From Alphaproteobacteria bacterium (GTDB lineage: Bacteria > Pseudomonadota > Alphaproteobacteria > Bin95), in contig OZ224045.1 in assembly GCA_963665325.3 (NCBI GenBank), positions 2,400,001-2,464,000 of the forward strand: a DNA stretch of 64,000 nt, written 5' to 3'. Shown here one piece after another: positions 37,397 to 47,216 of the stretch. The notes under the pieces are model-generated. The model was not told the origin of the DNA, searched no databases, and saw nothing but the letters and a program-made list of their open reading frames with translations. Both the position numbers and the translations under genes were made by a program. How positions within the stretch are numbered: the stretch's first letter is position 1; each line of letters begins with the position of its first letter.

Positions 37397-38166
37397 CGCG
37401 CCAGCGACGGCACGCAGACCGTGCCGCCGTCCGCCAGTCGCTCCACGCGGACATCGATCCCATAAACGGCGGACAGCGCCTCCTCGGTGAGGGCGACGGC
37501 GGGCGTACCGGTTGCCCGCACACGGCCTTCGTGGAGCAAGGCGACATCGGTACCGACGGCGAAGGCGTGGTCGGGATCGTGGGTCGAGAGGATGACCGTG
37601 AGCCCGTCGGCGGCAAGCCCGGCGATTTCCCGGAGCACCAGCGCCTGGTTGCCGAAATCGAGACTGGCGGTCGGCTCATCCATGATGAGCACCTGAGTTT
37701 CCTGCGCCAGCGCCCGCGCGATCAGCACGAGCTGACGCTGGCCGCCGGAGAGCCGGGTGTAATCCGCTTCCGCCAGGTCGCCGATGCGCAGACGGTCGAG
37801 CGCGGCCCGCGCAGCTTCGCGGTCGATTTCGCCCGGTTGCGAGAAGAGGCCGAGCCGCGCCGTCCGGCCCATCAGGACAACTTCGAATGCGGACCAGGCG
37901 AAGGGTGGCGTATGTGCTTGCGGCGCATAGGCGATGCGCCGCGCAATCTCGGCTCGCGAGAGCCCGTCGAGCGGCTGGCCCTCCAGAAGCACCTGCCCGC
38001 CCCGCGCCGGAATGAGGCCGAGTTGCGTGCGGAACAGCGTGGTCTTGCCGGACCCGTTTGGGCCGAGCAGGCAGAGCACCGCGCCCGGCCCGGCGGCGAG
38101 CGTTATGCCGGACCCGACCTCGTGCCCCGGATAGCCGATCGCGAGATCGCGGGTTTCGACGGTCAT
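37372..38166 (-). CDS. ABC ATPase, iron-chelate/cobalamin (FepC-like) class
   Basis: GPNGSGKTT, LSGGQRQ, MDEPTASLD, STHDPDHA. Confidence 0.9.
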   Translation of the reverse strand: MTVETRDLAIGYPGHEVGSGITLAAGPGAVLCLLGPNGSGKTTLFRTQLGLIPARGGQVLLEGQPLDGLSRAEIARRIAYAPQAHTPPFAWSAFEVVLMGRTARLGLFSQPGEIDREAARAALDRLRIGDLAEADYTRLSGGQRQLVLIARALAQETQVLIMDEPTASLDFGNQALVLREIAGLAADGLTVILSTHDPDHAFAVGTDVALLHEGRVRATGTPAVALTEEALSAVYGIDVRVERLADGGTVCVPSLARQGESQRT

Positions 38167-39164
38167 GCCCATGCGCGCCGGCCCCGTGCGAGCAGCCAGA
38201 GGAAGAAGGGCGCCCCGACCACGGCGGTCAGGATGCCGAGCGGCACTTCGGCGGCGGAGATCGTGCGCGCCAGCGTATCGACCGCCAGCATATAGCCGGC
38301 GCCGAGAAGGGCGGCGGCCGGCAGGAGCCGGCCGAAGCCGGGGCCGACGAGCATGCGGGCAATATGGGGGATGACGAGCCCGACCCAGCCGACGACGCCT
38401 GCAACCGCGACGACGCTCGCCGTGATGAGGGTGGCGCAGAGGACGACAATGAGGCGGAGCCGCCCGGCCTCGATGCCGAGCGCGCGGGCCTCCTCGTCGC
38501 CTAGCGCCAGGACATTGATCCTCCAGCGCAGGAGAATCAGCGGCACGAGGCCGAAGGCCACGACCGGAGCCGCCGGGAGGAGGTCGGCGGCCTTCACTCC
38601 GGCGAGGCTGCCGAGGAGCCAGAAGGTGATGGCAGGGAGCTGGTCGTAGGGGTCGGCCAGCACTTTCAGCAGGGAGGTCGCTGCGCCTGCGAGCGCGCCG
38701 ACCACCACGCCCGCCAGCACCAGAATGAGCGTGCGGTCGCCCGTCCGTACCGCAGCCGCAACGAAGGCGACGAGCATGACGGCGCCGAGCCCGCCGGCGA
38801 ATCCCAGGAGTTGGATGGCCGCGACCGGAAGTGACAGGAATATCCCGAGAACGGCGCCGAGGCCCGCCCCGGCCGAGACGCCCAGAATGTCGGGCGACAC
38901 GAGCGGGTTGCGGAAGATCGTCTGGTAGCAGGCGCCCGCCGCCGCCAGCGCCGCGCCGACCAGCAGCGAGGCGGCCACCCTCGGGAGCCGGATCGCCAGC
39001 AGCACCGTTTCCGCCTGGCTCGTGCTTTCGCGGCCCGTCAGCACGGATATCGCTTCGACGAGCCCGAGCGGATAAGGCCCAATCAGGAGCGCGGCGAAGC
39101 TGCTGAGGATCAGCGCGCAGGTAAGCCAAAGCGCCGTTCCCCCATGCGTGCGAACGGCGGTCAC
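38163..39164 (-). CDS. FecCD/BtuC-family ABC permease
   Basis: IRLPRV, FRNPLVSPDILGVSAGA, FWLLGSL, GWVGLVIPH. Confidence 0.9.
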   Translation of the reverse strand: MTAVRTHGGTALWLTCALILSSFAALLIGPYPLGLVEAISVLTGRESTSQAETVLLAIRLPRVAASLLVGAALAAAGACYQTIFRNPLVSPDILGVSAGAGLGAVLGIFLSLPVAAIQLLGFAGGLGAVMLVAFVAAAVRTGDRTLILVLAGVVVGALAGAATSLLKVLADPYDQLPAITFWLLGSLAGVKAADLLPAAPVVAFGLVPLILLRWRINVLALGDEEARALGIEAGRLRLIVVLCATLITASVVAVAGVVGWVGLVIPHIARMLVGPGFGRLLPAAALLGAGYMLAVDTLARTISAAEVPLGILTAVVGAPFFLWLLARGRRAWA

Positions 39165-40198
39165 GGTGCGCGTCCGCCCGCCCACTCCAGCAGCCGGTCG
39201 AGCTTCGCTTGGCCGAGGTCGACATGGTACCAGAGCTTGTAGAAAGCCCTGGTTTCGGCGCGCAGGTCGCCCGGCCACAGATCGGGATAGAAGAGGCCGG
39301 CGAGCCATTTCAGTCCCATCATCCGGTTGATGGAAGGCGGCCGGTCGATCCAGCCGAACGGCGCGGTCGGGGAGAGATAGACCCGGCCCCGGCGGACGGC
39401 TGCAATCCCCTGCCAGAGGGGTTCCTTCCAGACGCGGTCGTAGAAGGTCTGGTCCCAGGTGACGATGGTGTCGGGGTCCGCCACGATCACCTGCTCGGGC
39501 GACGCCCGGACGAGCCCGTAGCGGCCCGGCACATCGGCCACGTTCCGTCCGCCCGCAAGTTCGATGATCTCGGTGTTGATGGACCCCTTCAGCCCCGTCT
39601 CGAGGCCGTCCGGCCCGCGGGCGAGATAGACGCGCGGGCGCTCCTTTGCGGGCACGGCGCCGAGCGCGGCCTCGAGTTGCGCGAAGGTGGCCTCGACATC
39701 CGCCGCAAGGGCCTCTCCGCGTTCCGGAACGCCGAGCGCCTCGCCCAGAAGGCGGAGCGAGGCCGCCGTTTCGGAAAAGCGTCCGTTGACGAGGACATAG
39801 GGAATTCCCGTCTGTTCCTGGACGCGGTTTGCGAGGTCGATATACGTGTCCCGCACGGACCCGAAATCCACGATGAGGTCGGGCTTGAGCGCAATCACCC
39901 GTTCGAGGTTTGCGCCGCCGCCGCGGCCGGTGAGCCGGCCTGTCTCGGGAAGCTCGCGCCAGGGTTCGGCGATATAGGGCTTCTCGTAGTCCCGGAGTGC
40001 GCGCGGCCATCCGAGCAGCGCCTCCGGCTTGAGCGCATAGACCAGGATCGAAGCGGGCGGCCCGGCCGCAAAGACACGCTCCACCCGGTCCGGGATTTCC
40101 ACGGCCCTGCCGGCGGAGTCCTCCACCATGCGCGCTTCGACCGATATGGCGAGGCTGGCGAGCGCAACCGCCAGCAGGGAACGCAAGAACCCTGTCAT
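39161..40198 (-). CDS. Class III (iron-chelate-type) ABC substrate-binding protein
   Basis: Signal peptide, DSAGRAVEIP, PDLIVD, PFGWIDRPPS. Confidence 0.88.
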   Translation of the reverse strand: MTGFLRSLLAVALASLAISVEARMVEDSAGRAVEIPDRVERVFAAGPPASILVYALKPEALLGWPRALRDYEKPYIAEPWRELPETGRLTGRGGGANLERVIALKPDLIVDFGSVRDTYIDLANRVQEQTGIPYVLVNGRFSETAASLRLLGEALGVPERGEALAADVEATFAQLEAALGAVPAKERPRVYLARGPDGLETGLKGSINTEIIELAGGRNVADVPGRYGLVRASPEQVIVADPDTIVTWDQTFYDRVWKEPLWQGIAAVRRGRVYLSPTAPFGWIDRPPSINRMMGLKWLAGLFYPDLWPGDLRAETRAFYKLWYHVDLGQAKLDRLLEWAGGRAP

Positions 40199-40255
40199 CC
40201 CGCAATCCTTATGCCAGCCGGTCCCGCCATGCCAGCGAAGGCCCGCCTGCATCCG

Positions 40256-41083
40256 TCAGCCGCCGGCGTTCGGGAAGAAGAGCTGCTTGCCGTCCACCTT
40301 GTAGGATGCGATGGCCGCCTGCCCCTCCCGGGAGAGCATCCAGTCGAGGAATTGCCGGCCAAGACCGGCCCTGACATTCGGGTGCTTCTCCGGGTTCACC
40401 AGCACGATGCCGTACTGGTTGAACAGCCTGGGGTCGCCCTCGACGAGGACCCGGTGGCCGTTCTTGTTGCCGAAACTCATCCAGGTGGCGCGGTCGGCCA
40501 GCACGTAGGCGCCCATGCCGGCGCCCATGTTGAGCGTTGCGCCCATGCCCGAACCGGTTTCGCGGTACCAGCCGCCTGAGGCTGCCGCCACATCCACCCC
40601 GGCTTCTGCCCAGAGTGCGAGTTCCGCCTTGTGCGTGCCGCTGTCGTCGCCGCGCGAGGCGAAGGGAGCCTCGGCCCTTGCAATCCTGCTAAGCGCCGCC
40701 ACGACATCGTTCGACCCCGCGACACCGGCGGGGTCCTCATCCGGGCCGACTATGACGAAATCGTTGTACATGAGGTCGAAGCGCGCGATGCCGTTACCCT
40801 CCGCCACGAACTCTTCCTCGGAGGGTTTCGAGTGGACGAGCAGCACGTCGCCGTCGCCATTGGCCGCATTCCTGATCGCCTGGCCCGTGCCCACCGCGAC
40901 GACCCGCACCTCGATACCGGTCTTCTGCCGGAACAGCGGCAGGATGTGGTCGTACAGGCCCGAGTTCTGAATTGATGTCGTGGACTGGACGACGATGAAT
41001 TTTTCCGTCGCGGCCAGCGGTCCAACCGCGATGAACCCGGCTGCCGCGAGCGCAAGGACGATAGGCCGGAACACGATATCCAC
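40256..41083 (-). CDS. tupA: Tungstate ABC transporter substrate-binding protein
   Basis: STTSIQNSGL, AVGTGQA, SRGDDSGTH, LFNQY; start uncertain (41074 or 41083). Confidence 0.88.
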   Translation of the reverse strand: MDIVFRPIVLALAAAGFIAVGPLAATEKFIVVQSTTSIQNSGLYDHILPLFRQKTGIEVRVVAVGTGQAIRNAANGDGDVLLVHSKPSEEEFVAEGNGIARFDLMYNDFVIVGPDEDPAGVAGSNDVVAALSRIARAEAPFASRGDDSGTHKAELALWAEAGVDVAAASGGWYRETGSGMGATLNMGAGMGAYVLADRATWMSFGNKNGHRVLVEGDPRLFNQYGIVLVNPEKHPNVRAGLGRQFLDWMLSREGQAAIASYKVDGKQLFFPNAGG

Positions 41084-41093
41084 GCCCGCGGGT

Positions 41094-41888
41094 CTATGCT
41101 TTCGGGGACGGCGAATCGAGATAGAGGCGGCCCTGCAGCCAGGCGCGGGCGGCTTCCGAGCGGGGCGCATCCAGCACATCTTCCACGCGGCCGGTTTCCA
41201 CGACCCGTCCGCCATGCAGGAAAACCAGATCGTCGCCGAGGCGCCGCGCCTGCCCGATGTCATGCGTGACGAGCACGGTCGCGACGCCGCTCTCATGCGC
41301 TTCGGCGACCAGCCGTTCGATGGCGTGGGTCGAGCCCGGATCGAGGCTGGCCGTCGGTTCGTCGAGGAACAGTACGCGCGGCGCACAGGCCAGCGCGCGC
41401 ACGACCGCCAGACGCTGCTGCTCGCCCCCCGACAATACGCGCGCCGGACGGTTCGCCAGGTCGCCGAGGCGCGAGCGTTCCATCGCTTCGGCTTCCCGCG
41501 CTTTGCGCTCCGGCCCTGCCAGCCCGCGCACCGCGAGCGCGAAGCGCAGATTGCCGAGCACGGAGCGGCGCAGCAACACCGGGCGCTGGAACACCATGGC
41601 CTGATCGCGGCGGCCGTCCCGGTCCAGGGGGCGTCCCTGCCATAGCACTTCGCCTGCAGTCGGCCGGATCAGGCCGTGAAGCAGGCGCAACAGCAGGCTC
41701 TTTCCGGCGCCGTTGGCGCCCATGATCACGGTACGCGTCCGGGGCCGGATATCGATGTCGATGCCGTCGATGAGCCGCTTGCCGCCGCCATCGAAGCGGA
41801 GGCCGCGCGCCCGAAGCAACGCGCCGCAAGGGCCTTCGCCCTGCAGCGGGGACGCCGGCGCGGTCATATCGGGCGCTGCGTCAAACAT
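41094..41888 (-). CDS. tupC: Tungstate ABC transporter ATPase
   Basis: GANGAGKS, VFQRPVLLRRSV, LSGGEQQR; lies between tupB and tupA. Confidence 0.85.
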   Translation of the reverse strand: MFDAAPDMTAPASPLQGEGPCGALLRARGLRFDGGGKRLIDGIDIDIRPRTRTVIMGANGAGKSLLLRLLHGLIRPTAGEVLWQGRPLDRDGRRDQAMVFQRPVLLRRSVLGNLRFALAVRGLAGPERKAREAEAMERSRLGDLANRPARVLSGGEQQRLAVVRALACAPRVLFLDEPTASLDPGSTHAIERLVAEAHESGVATVLVTHDIGQARRLGDDLVFLHGGRVVETGRVEDVLDAPRSEAARAWLQGRLYLDSPSPKA

Positions 41889-42588
41889 AGGCCATCCTCA
41901 CGGCCGATGCCCTGAGCGTCATGGCGGCACCGTTCACCGCCACCGCGATGGCGAGCAGCACCACGCCGAGCGCAAGCGCAAGTTCCAGATTGCCCTTGGA
42001 GGTTTCCAGCGCGATCGTCGTGGTCATGACGCGGGTCACATGGTTGATGTTGCCGCCGACGATGATGACCGCGCCCACCTCCGCCACCGCGCGGCCGAAG
42101 CCGGCGAGAGCCACTGTCAGGAGGCTGTAGCGCGCATCCCACAGCAGCGCGGCGACCCGGTCCAGAGGCCCGACGCCGAGCGAGTCGAACTGTTCGGCAT
42201 ATTCGCGGTAGTAGTCTTCCACCACCTGCCGGCTGAGCGCGGCGACGATAGGCGTGACGAGAATCGTCTGCGCGATAATCATGGCTGCCGGCGTGTAGAG
42301 AAGGCCCAGCGGACCCAGCGGCCCGGCTGCCGACAGCATCAGGTAGGCAATCAGTCCCACGACAACGGGCGGCAGGCCCATCAACGCGTTCAGGATGACG
42401 ATTGCGGCTGTCCGTCCCGGAAACCGGAACGCGCCTACCGCCGCGCCGAGCGGCAGGCCGATGGCGCAGGAGATGGCAACGGCCGTCAGCGTCACCCTGA
42501 GCGACAGGCCGATGATCTCGATGAGGTCGGAGTCCCAAGCCAGAATCAGGCCGAACGCCTCGCCGAGAATCTCCCAAAAACTCTCCAC
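41881..42588 (-). CDS. tupB: Tungstate ABC transporter permease
   Basis: LMGLPPVVVGL, GFGRAVAEVGA-IVGGNI, TRVMTTTIALETSKG. Confidence 0.9.
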   Translation of the reverse strand: MESFWEILGEAFGLILAWDSDLIEIIGLSLRVTLTAVAISCAIGLPLGAAVGAFRFPGRTAAIVILNALMGLPPVVVGLIAYLMLSAAGPLGPLGLLYTPAAMIIAQTILVTPIVAALSRQVVEDYYREYAEQFDSLGVGPLDRVAALLWDARYSLLTVALAGFGRAVAEVGAVIIVGGNINHVTRVMTTTIALETSKGNLELALALGVVLLAIAVAVNGAAMTLRASAVRMAYV

Positions 42589-42615
42589 TCCGCGTTTCCT
42601 CCCGCGAATCGGAAG

Positions 42616-42633
42616 AAAAACATAAAAAACATA
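42616..42633. repeat. Tandem direct repeat (AAAAACATA)x2, candidate operator
   Basis: Perfect AT-rich 9-mer duplication in the divergent tupB/MOT1 promoter region. Confidence 0.5.
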
Positions 42634-42778
42634 CTAAATCCACAAATTCAGCAGGAATTTCAGCTGTGGTCGACCGGTGGAAGCCGGAACTTTTCAGCAT
42701 CGCGCGGGCCTTTCCCGCACCGGTGCGACGCTGTACGCTTTCCAACTGGACAGGCGCCAAAACAACAAGTTGCCGAAG

Positions 42779-43918
42779 ATGCCCGGGTTCGACGGACAGC
42801 GCGGCGGATTCCTCGAACGCCTGCGTTCGGCAGGCGGGGAAGTTTCGGGCGCGTTCGGCGATCTCGGCACGCTCCTGCCTTATGCGGTTGCGGCAATAGG
42901 CGCCGGCCTCCTCGCCCCGACGCCGGTCTTTGCGGGCTTTGCGGCGGGCTACCTGCTGGTGGCCGGGATCTACCGGATGCCCGTTTCCGTCCAGCCGATG
43001 AAGGCGCTCGGCGCGGTGATTGTCGCCGGCGGGCTGACAGCGGTCGAAACCGCTTGGGCAGGCGGCATTGTCGGCGCGGTTCTCCTCCTGCTTGCGGCCG
43101 TTCCGTCTTTCGAGAGGGCTGCCCGCGCGATTCCCCAATCGGTCGTCACTGGGCTCCAGGCCGGCCTCGGCCTGATGCTCGGAACGGTCGCCTTCGGCCT
43201 GATGAGCCAGGACTGGATCGTGGCGTTCGCGGCGCTCGCCGTGCTGGGGCTCTCCTTCGTTCTGCGGCGCGGGCCCTGGGCACTCGCCGTGGTTGTCGGC
43301 GCCGTGCTGCTGGCGCCTTATGCAGGCCCGCCCGCAGTCCCGGCCATGCCGGCCGGGGGCGCCGCTTCCGTCCAGGCCGTGGTGTCGGGCGTGCTGGCGC
43401 AACTGCCGCTCACCTTGCTCAACGCGGTGGTCGTCGCCGCCGCCGTGGCGCGTTCGCTCTATCCTGACCGCGCCTCGCATGTGGGCGAGCGCAAACTCGC
43501 GGCCACGAACGGGCTGCTGAACCTCGTTCTCGCGCCCCTGGGCGCCATGCCGATGTGCCACGGCGCGGGCGGCATCGCCGCACACCACCGCTTCGGCGCC
43601 CGCGGCATCGGCGCGCCGCTGACGATCGCGGCCTGCTGCGGCGCGGTTGCCCTGATGGGGCAGGAGGTCGTCGGCATTCTGATGGCGATCCCGCCCGCGG
43701 CGGTGGGGGCGCTGCTCATTTATGCGGCGGTCGACCTGATCCTGAGCCCGAGGCTGCTCGACGCCCGCCCGGATTGCCGGCCCGTCATCGCCGCCGCCGC
43801 GCTTGCGACGGTCTTCTGGGGCGCGCTGGCGGGCCTGCTGACGGGTCTGGCCGCCGAGGTGCTGCGAGTCCATGTCTGGCGGAAGCTTCGACCGGGCTCG
43901 CCGGAACCGGGCGCGTAG
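42779..43918 (+). CDS. MOT1-family molybdate transporter
   Basis: EVSGAFGDLGTLLP, PVSVQPMKA, QLPLTLLNAV, PMCHGAGG-HRFGAR. Confidence 0.85.
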   Translation: MPGFDGQRGGFLERLRSAGGEVSGAFGDLGTLLPYAVAAIGAGLLAPTPVFAGFAAGYLLVAGIYRMPVSVQPMKALGAVIVAGGLTAVETAWAGGIVGAVLLLLAAVPSFERAARAIPQSVVTGLQAGLGLMLGTVAFGLMSQDWIVAFAALAVLGLSFVLRRGPWALAVVVGAVLLAPYAGPPAVPAMPAGGAASVQAVVSGVLAQLPLTLLNAVVVAAAVARSLYPDRASHVGERKLAATNGLLNLVLAPLGAMPMCHGAGGIAAHHRFGARGIGAPLTIAACCGAVALMGQEVVGILMAIPPAAVGALLIYAAVDLILSPRLLDARPDCRPVIAAAALATVFWGALAGLLTGLAAEVLRVHVWRKLRPGSPEPGA

Positions 43919-43935
43919 TCCGGGCAGAGGCCTGT

Positions 43936-45033
43936 TCACACGCCGCCATAGGCGCCGCCTACCTCTTCGGGCGCAATGGCGACGGTCTTGATGACGGCGT
44001 AGCAGGACACGCCTTCGGCCAGACCCAGCGCCTCGGTAGAGCGGCGGGTCGCGCGGGACAGGATCGTGCCGGCCCTCGTGCGCACGGAGACGATGGCGCC
44101 GGGCCCTTCGCCCGCCCGGACCGATTCGACCGTGCCCGGCAGGATGTTCAGCGCCGACAGGCCTTCCGGCTCCCTGCGCGACAGCAGCACTTCATGCGCC
44201 GCAATCCGGACCCTGATCCGGCTGCCGGGCGCGTGCGGCACCCTCGGCAGGAACAGCCCGATGCCGCCGGCGTCGATTTCGGACAGCCCGTCGTCGTGAT
44301 GGCGGACCACCGCCGCCTCCAGCACCGCGCCGGCGCCGCGCGCGCCCACCGGCGTGACCGTCGGGTCGCCCAGCAACTCGACCGCCGGGCCCTGGCGCAC
44401 CGTCTTTCCGTCCTCCAGGGCAATCACGGTCGTCGCAAGCCGCGCCACCTCCGCCGCGGAATGGCTCACATAGAGCACGGGCACCGACACCTCGTCCCTG
44501 AGCCGCTCGAAATAGGGCAGGATTTCCGCCTTGCGCGCCTCGTCCAGCGAAGCCAGAGGCTCGTCGGCGAGAATGAGCCGGGGGCTCGCCAGCAGCGCGC
44601 GCCCGATCGCAACCCGCTGCTTCTCGCCGCTCGACAGCGCCCCGGGGCGGCGGCCCAGAAGATGCCCGATGCCGAGCATTTCGACGATGCGCCCCATATC
44701 CTCTCGCGGCCCGTCCTTCGGTGCGAACCAGCGGCCGTAAAGCAGGTTCTGGCGGACGGTGAGATGGGGGAAAAGCCGTCCCTCCTGGAAGATATAGCCG
44801 AGCCGGCGGCGGTGGGGCGGCAGCCACGCGCCGCGTGCGGTGTCGAACAATACCCATCCATCGGCGGCCGCGCGCCCTGCGTCCGGCCTGAGAAGCCCCG
44901 CCACGGCGTTCACGGTCGTCGTCTTGCCGGACCCGGAGCGGCCGAAGAGCACGGTCACGCCCGGCGGCGCCTCGAAGGAAACGTCGAGTTCGAAGCCGGG
45001 AAAGGCGTGGCGCAGGGTCACGGAAAGCGTCAT
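43936..45033 (-). CDS. modC: Molybdate ABC transporter ATPase
   Basis: GRSGSGKTT, FQEGRLFPHL, C-terminal SALN/TOBE domain. Confidence 0.92.
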   Translation of the reverse strand: MTLSVTLRHAFPGFELDVSFEAPPGVTVLFGRSGSGKTTTVNAVAGLLRPDAGRAAADGWVLFDTARGAWLPPHRRRLGYIFQEGRLFPHLTVRQNLLYGRWFAPKDGPREDMGRIVEMLGIGHLLGRRPGALSSGEKQRVAIGRALLASPRLILADEPLASLDEARKAEILPYFERLRDEVSVPVLYVSHSAAEVARLATTVIALEDGKTVRQGPAVELLGDPTVTPVGARGAGAVLEAAVVRHHDDGLSEIDAGGIGLFLPRVPHAPGSRIRVRIAAHEVLLSRREPEGLSALNILPGTVESVRAGEGPGAIVSVRTRAGTILSRATRRSTEALGLAEGVSCYAVIKTVAIAPEEVGGAYGGV

Positions 45034-45722
45034 GCGCCAGCCACCCGTCTCGCCACCCGCCGCGCGACGATCTCGGAGAGCAGCAGCGCCGCCATCGAGA
45101 CGGCGACCGCGATCACGACCAGCCGGAGCGCGGAGGCTTCGCCGCCGGGAACCTGGAGGAAGGTGTAGATGGCCGTCGGCAGGGTCTGCGTCTGGCCGGG
45201 GATGTTGGAGACAAAGGTGATCGTCGCGCCGAACTCGCCCATCGCCTTGGCGAAAGCGAGGATCGCGCCGGCGAGGATGCCGGGCAGGACGAGCGGCAGG
45301 GTGACGGTCGCGAAGACCCAGGGGCCGGAGGCGCCGAGCGTCGCGCTCGCCTGTTCGAGCTTCGGGTCCACCGCTTCGATGGAAAGCCGGATGGCGCGGA
45401 CCATGAGGGGAAAGGCCATGACCGCGGCTGCCAGCGCCGCGCCCGTCCAGCGGAAGGCGAAGACGATGCCGACCTCCTGCAGCAGGCTGCCGAGGGGCCC
45501 GCGGGTGCCGAATGCCAGCAACAGCAGGTAGCCCGTCGCCACCGGGGGCAGGATGAGCGGCAGATGCACCAGCCCGTTCAGGAGCTGTCGGCCCGGGAAG
45601 CGCCAGCGCGCGAGCGCATAGGCGGTCAGCACGCCGAGCGGCAGGCTCGCGAGCGTTGCCCAGAACGCGACGCGCAGGGACAGCGCGACCGCCTGCCACT
45701 CCTCGGGGCTCAGCCAGTCCAT
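45030..45722 (-). CDS. modB: Molybdate ABC transporter permease
   Basis: HLPLILPPVATG, FAKAMGEFGATI, TLPTAIY. Confidence 0.93.
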   Translation of the reverse strand: MDWLSPEEWQAVALSLRVAFWATLASLPLGVLTAYALARWRFPGRQLLNGLVHLPLILPPVATGYLLLLAFGTRGPLGSLLQEVGIVFAFRWTGAALAAAVMAFPLMVRAIRLSIEAVDPKLEQASATLGASGPWVFATVTLPLVLPGILAGAILAFAKAMGEFGATITFVSNIPGQTQTLPTAIYTFLQVPGGEASALRLVVIAVAVSMAALLLSEIVARRVARRVAGA

Positions 45723-45731
45723 GCCGCAATT

Positions 45732-46640
45732 CTACTCGAACGAGACGGCAAAGCCTTGCCGCTCGAATGCCGTTCGTGCGGCGGGTCCGCGAAGCCAGGC
45801 GAGGAAGCGCCGATTGAGCGGGTTGCCGCTCGCGGCCACGGCAGCGGCGGGATAGACGATGGGCGGGTGGGTATCCGCCGGGAAGGTGCCGGCGACCGTC
45901 ACATTGTCATCGGCCGCGGCGTCGGTGGCATAGACGATTCCGAAAGGCGCCTCGCCGGAAGAGACCAGCGCCAGCGCCGCGCGCACATTGTCCGCCTGCG
46001 CCACCTTCGGCGCGACGGCCTCCCAGGCGCCCAGCGACCTGAGCGCGGCCTTGGCGTAGATCCCGGCGGGCACCGCATCCACGAGCGTCATGGCGAGGCG
46101 GCCCCCGCCAAGCATGGCGGCGATGTCCATGCCCGGTGCGATCTCCACCTTTGCCGCATCCCGGCCGTGGGCGACCAGCACGAGGGCGTTGCCCAGCAGG
46201 TCGAAGCGGCTTGCGGGGTCGACGAGGCCGTCCCGCTCCAGCGCATCCATCCAGCCGGGATTGGCGGAAATGAAGATGTCCGCTGGCGCGCCGTGCTGGA
46301 TCTGGCGGGCAAGCGCGGAGGAGCCGGCAAGCGACGCAGCGACGGCATGACCGGTCTCCCGCTCGAAGCCGGCGGAAACTTCGTCCATCGCGTTCTTCAG
46401 GCTGGCCGCGGCGAACACCGTGAGCCCGTCGGCGCCGAAGCCGGGCACGGCGAGGCCCAGGCCGAAGGCGAAGCCGGCGGCGAGTCCGAACAGGCGGCGG
46501 CGGATGGACGGAATCGGCAAGGGCGGCGCTCCCTGGCGGTCGGCGCGTTCGGGCGGTCCGGCCAATTGGCCTGTTTCCGCCAGCCCGGCAAGGCCCTGCC
46601 GTTCGGCAGGACGTCCCCGCGAAGTGTCATGAATTGTCAT
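45732..46640 (-). CDS. modA: Molybdate ABC transporter substrate-binding protein
   Basis: VFAAASLK, SSALARQI-GAPADIFISA, VPAGIYA, GIVYATDA; start uncertain. Confidence 0.9.
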   Translation of the reverse strand: MTIHDTSRGRPAERQGLAGLAETGQLAGPPERADRQGAPPLPIPSIRRRLFGLAAGFAFGLGLAVPGFGADGLTVFAAASLKNAMDEVSAGFERETGHAVAASLAGSSALARQIQHGAPADIFISANPGWMDALERDGLVDPASRFDLLGNALVLVAHGRDAAKVEIAPGMDIAAMLGGGRLAMTLVDAVPAGIYAKAALRSLGAWEAVAPKVAQADNVRAALALVSSGEAPFGIVYATDAAADDNVTVAGTFPADTHPPIVYPAAAVAASGNPLNRRFLAWLRGPAARTAFERQGFAVSFE

Positions 46641-46834
46641 GTTCCGTCATGGCCGGGGGTGCGCGCGTCTCCCGTCCGATCCCTTTCCGTCGTGCCCGGA
46701 TCTCCCCCTCCGTGACGGGAAAAGGTTCGGTCTGGCAGGAAGTCGCCGTCGTCGCAGCCCTCCTGTGCTTCCATCGCCTCCCGGCAGGCGCGCTTCCGCG
46801 CGAGCGCGCGCTTGGTCCGATCGATGATGGGCAT
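46637..46834 (-). CDS. Small hypothetical protein (65 aa) upstream of modA
   Basis: Strong SD AAAGGAG before ATG 46834; stop overlaps the modA ATG (ATGA). Confidence 0.45.
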   Translation of the reverse strand: MPIIDRTKRALARKRACREAMEAQEGCDDGDFLPDRTFSRHGGGDPGTTERDRTGDARTPGHDGT

Positions 46835-46841
46835 TAGGCGC

Positions 46842-47070
46842 GGCTCCTTTCGTTTCGCTCGGGTTCGATACCGGAAGCCCGGCTGCGGTGCGGGACCGCG
46901 CCGGGAGGACGGCGTTGACGGACAGACAGGCCGCCCGGCGGGGAGCGACCCTGTTTCGCGCGTATCGCGGGCGGGCGCGGGCGCGCGTTTGCGCCGGCGC
47001 GGTTCGCGCGCCTGATTGCGCGCGCGAGCCGGAAGGCGCACTTCGCCTGTGCGTCGAATCGGGGTCGTCC
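46842..47070 (-). ncRNA. Candidate Moco-RNA-like riboswitch leader
   Basis: Long structured GC-rich leader with GAAAC-AGGGT, CCTCCCG and terminal GAAAGGAG in Moco-motif order, upstream of modABC. Confidence 0.35.
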
Positions 47071-47216
47071 CGCGCCGGGCCGGCGCGAAGGGAAGCGGTC
47101 CGCGCGAGGTTTGCTTCCCTCAGGGTCATTCTAACACGGATATTGTGTGATCAAGCTCTTTCGGGAAATTTTTCAAAATATGCGAACGAACGATTTCGTC
47201 CCGGCGGACCGGACCT

